A DNA stretch of 62,323 bases, counting the filler, from an uncultured virus (IMG/VR IMGVR_UViG_3300005239_002389) (Duplodnaviria > Heunggongvirae > Uroviricota > Caudoviricetes). It is 8 parts of one record of this genome, joined end to end, with 100 filler letters (N's around TTAATTAATTAA, not from the genome) between each part and the next. Parts side by side here need not be neighbours in the genome. Positions count along the whole stretch, not along the records: positions 60,858 to 62,323 come from IMGVR_UViG_3300005239_002389; 7 more parts are not named here. One strand, given 5' to 3'. The translations under genes and the position numbers were made by a program. The notes under the pieces are model-generated. The model did no database searches. It saw only the letters and a program-made list of their open reading frames with translations, and had not been told where the DNA came from. This document shows positions 61,371 to 62,323 of this stretch, piece after piece (the first letter of the stretch is position 1; the number at the start of each line of letters is the position of its first letter).

Positions 61371-62323
61371 TTATAGCCACAAACCTTTTAGTCATTTAAG
61401 TCTACGCCAAAAATTTTTCTAGAATCGTGTTACTATATTGCTATACCAACCTTTGAGGGTCAATTTACCTCCAAGATTCTGAGTATGTTCTCGCCGCCGC
61501 CGTGGGTCAGTCCAAATAATTAAAAAAAAGGGGTACATTGCGGGGAGGAAAAGATTAATACATAGCACATGACTATATATAATAATATATAACTAATCAC
61601 TATGTGTTACTAATACACAAGGATTACTATGTATTAATATCATATAGGGGGTGCAGTTTCTTTTTTTAATTGTTCCTATCACGTACCCCACTAAGTAACA
61701 CTAACTCCCTCCGTAGTTTGTTATACATAGACCTGCTAATCTGTCGAGGTTAGGTATACCTATCACATGTTAAGTTTTGTTACATTAACAATCACCCAGT
61801 GCATTATATGTTATGGGATAACATCAACCGCATAGTGTTCAAGGTCCGTATCATGTTGTACCGTGCTTGTCAAGCAATACAATCAGTTTAGAAATTGGCA
61901 CAAGGTAGGTATCCCTGGCACCCAATCCGATGCATACTATGTACATCGGGAGGGATACAAACCCCAACCGCTCTCAAACCAGTCACAGACTGGACGAACC
62001 TAGACAATCGAATACGGATCACAGCACTGAGTATCAGGGGTTGGCGAACAAGTGCCACTGATGCCACAGCCTGTTGCGCATAACGGACGTCAGACTTCTT
62101 AAGTTCTGTCGGTGTCGTTATAACTGAACCTAAGCGAGCAGCTACGCGGTGAGGCTAGTTACCTTACATAACTCGAAAGCTACGCTTAAAGACAACTCGC
62201 CCTCTAGTACGGGTAGCGGATCCATAGACACACACCCACACGTAGGGGAGGGGGGAACATCTCTCCTTCCTATCACTTAATGCTAACTATGCGTTAAGTA
62301 AGCCCTTTAAGTTTAACCAACAA

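Noticed and set aside
61895..62083. 62-aa ORF in the terminal region
   Set aside because: TTG start, no RBS or motif; cannot be supported

Overview
About 62 kb of a dsDNA bacteriophage genome from a draft assembly. It has 16 N-gaps, seven of them carrying the artificial TTAATTAATTAA linker, plus several single-base indel frameshifts that look like sequencing errors. The host is most likely a picocyanobacterium (inferred from the lysin architecture and small-gene families). The left arm (+ strand) encodes a MoxR/RavA AAA ATPase, family-A DNA polymerase, tandem-OB SSB, PD-(D/E)XK exonuclease and primase-SF3 helicase. The rest is mainly - strand: ThyX, a GH24/C39 lysin, a cluster of small basic proteins, fibre and receptor-binding proteins, a virion muramidase, low-complexity internal proteins, adaptor, major capsid, scaffold, portal and TerL. 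A + strand island of regulators lies at 26.6-29.7 kb. Top candidates for new biology: (1) a glycan-building kit (four GT-like genes, a GH130-like gene, two SAM methyltransferases) interleaved with the packaging genes, suggesting virion glycosylation; (2) a DUF5872-like gene split around a HiPIP-like Cys protein; (3) a set of apparently dead enzymes (two HNH-HTH proteins, two adenine MTases); (4) an internal promoter and start in the primase-helicase; (5) fibres with a 7-repeat propeller inserted into a DUF2190-like domain; (6) a GTAGA[A/C]T motif before late genes; (7) an R[M/F]AG motif shared by small proteins. All family assignments come from motif recognition by eye, not from database searches.
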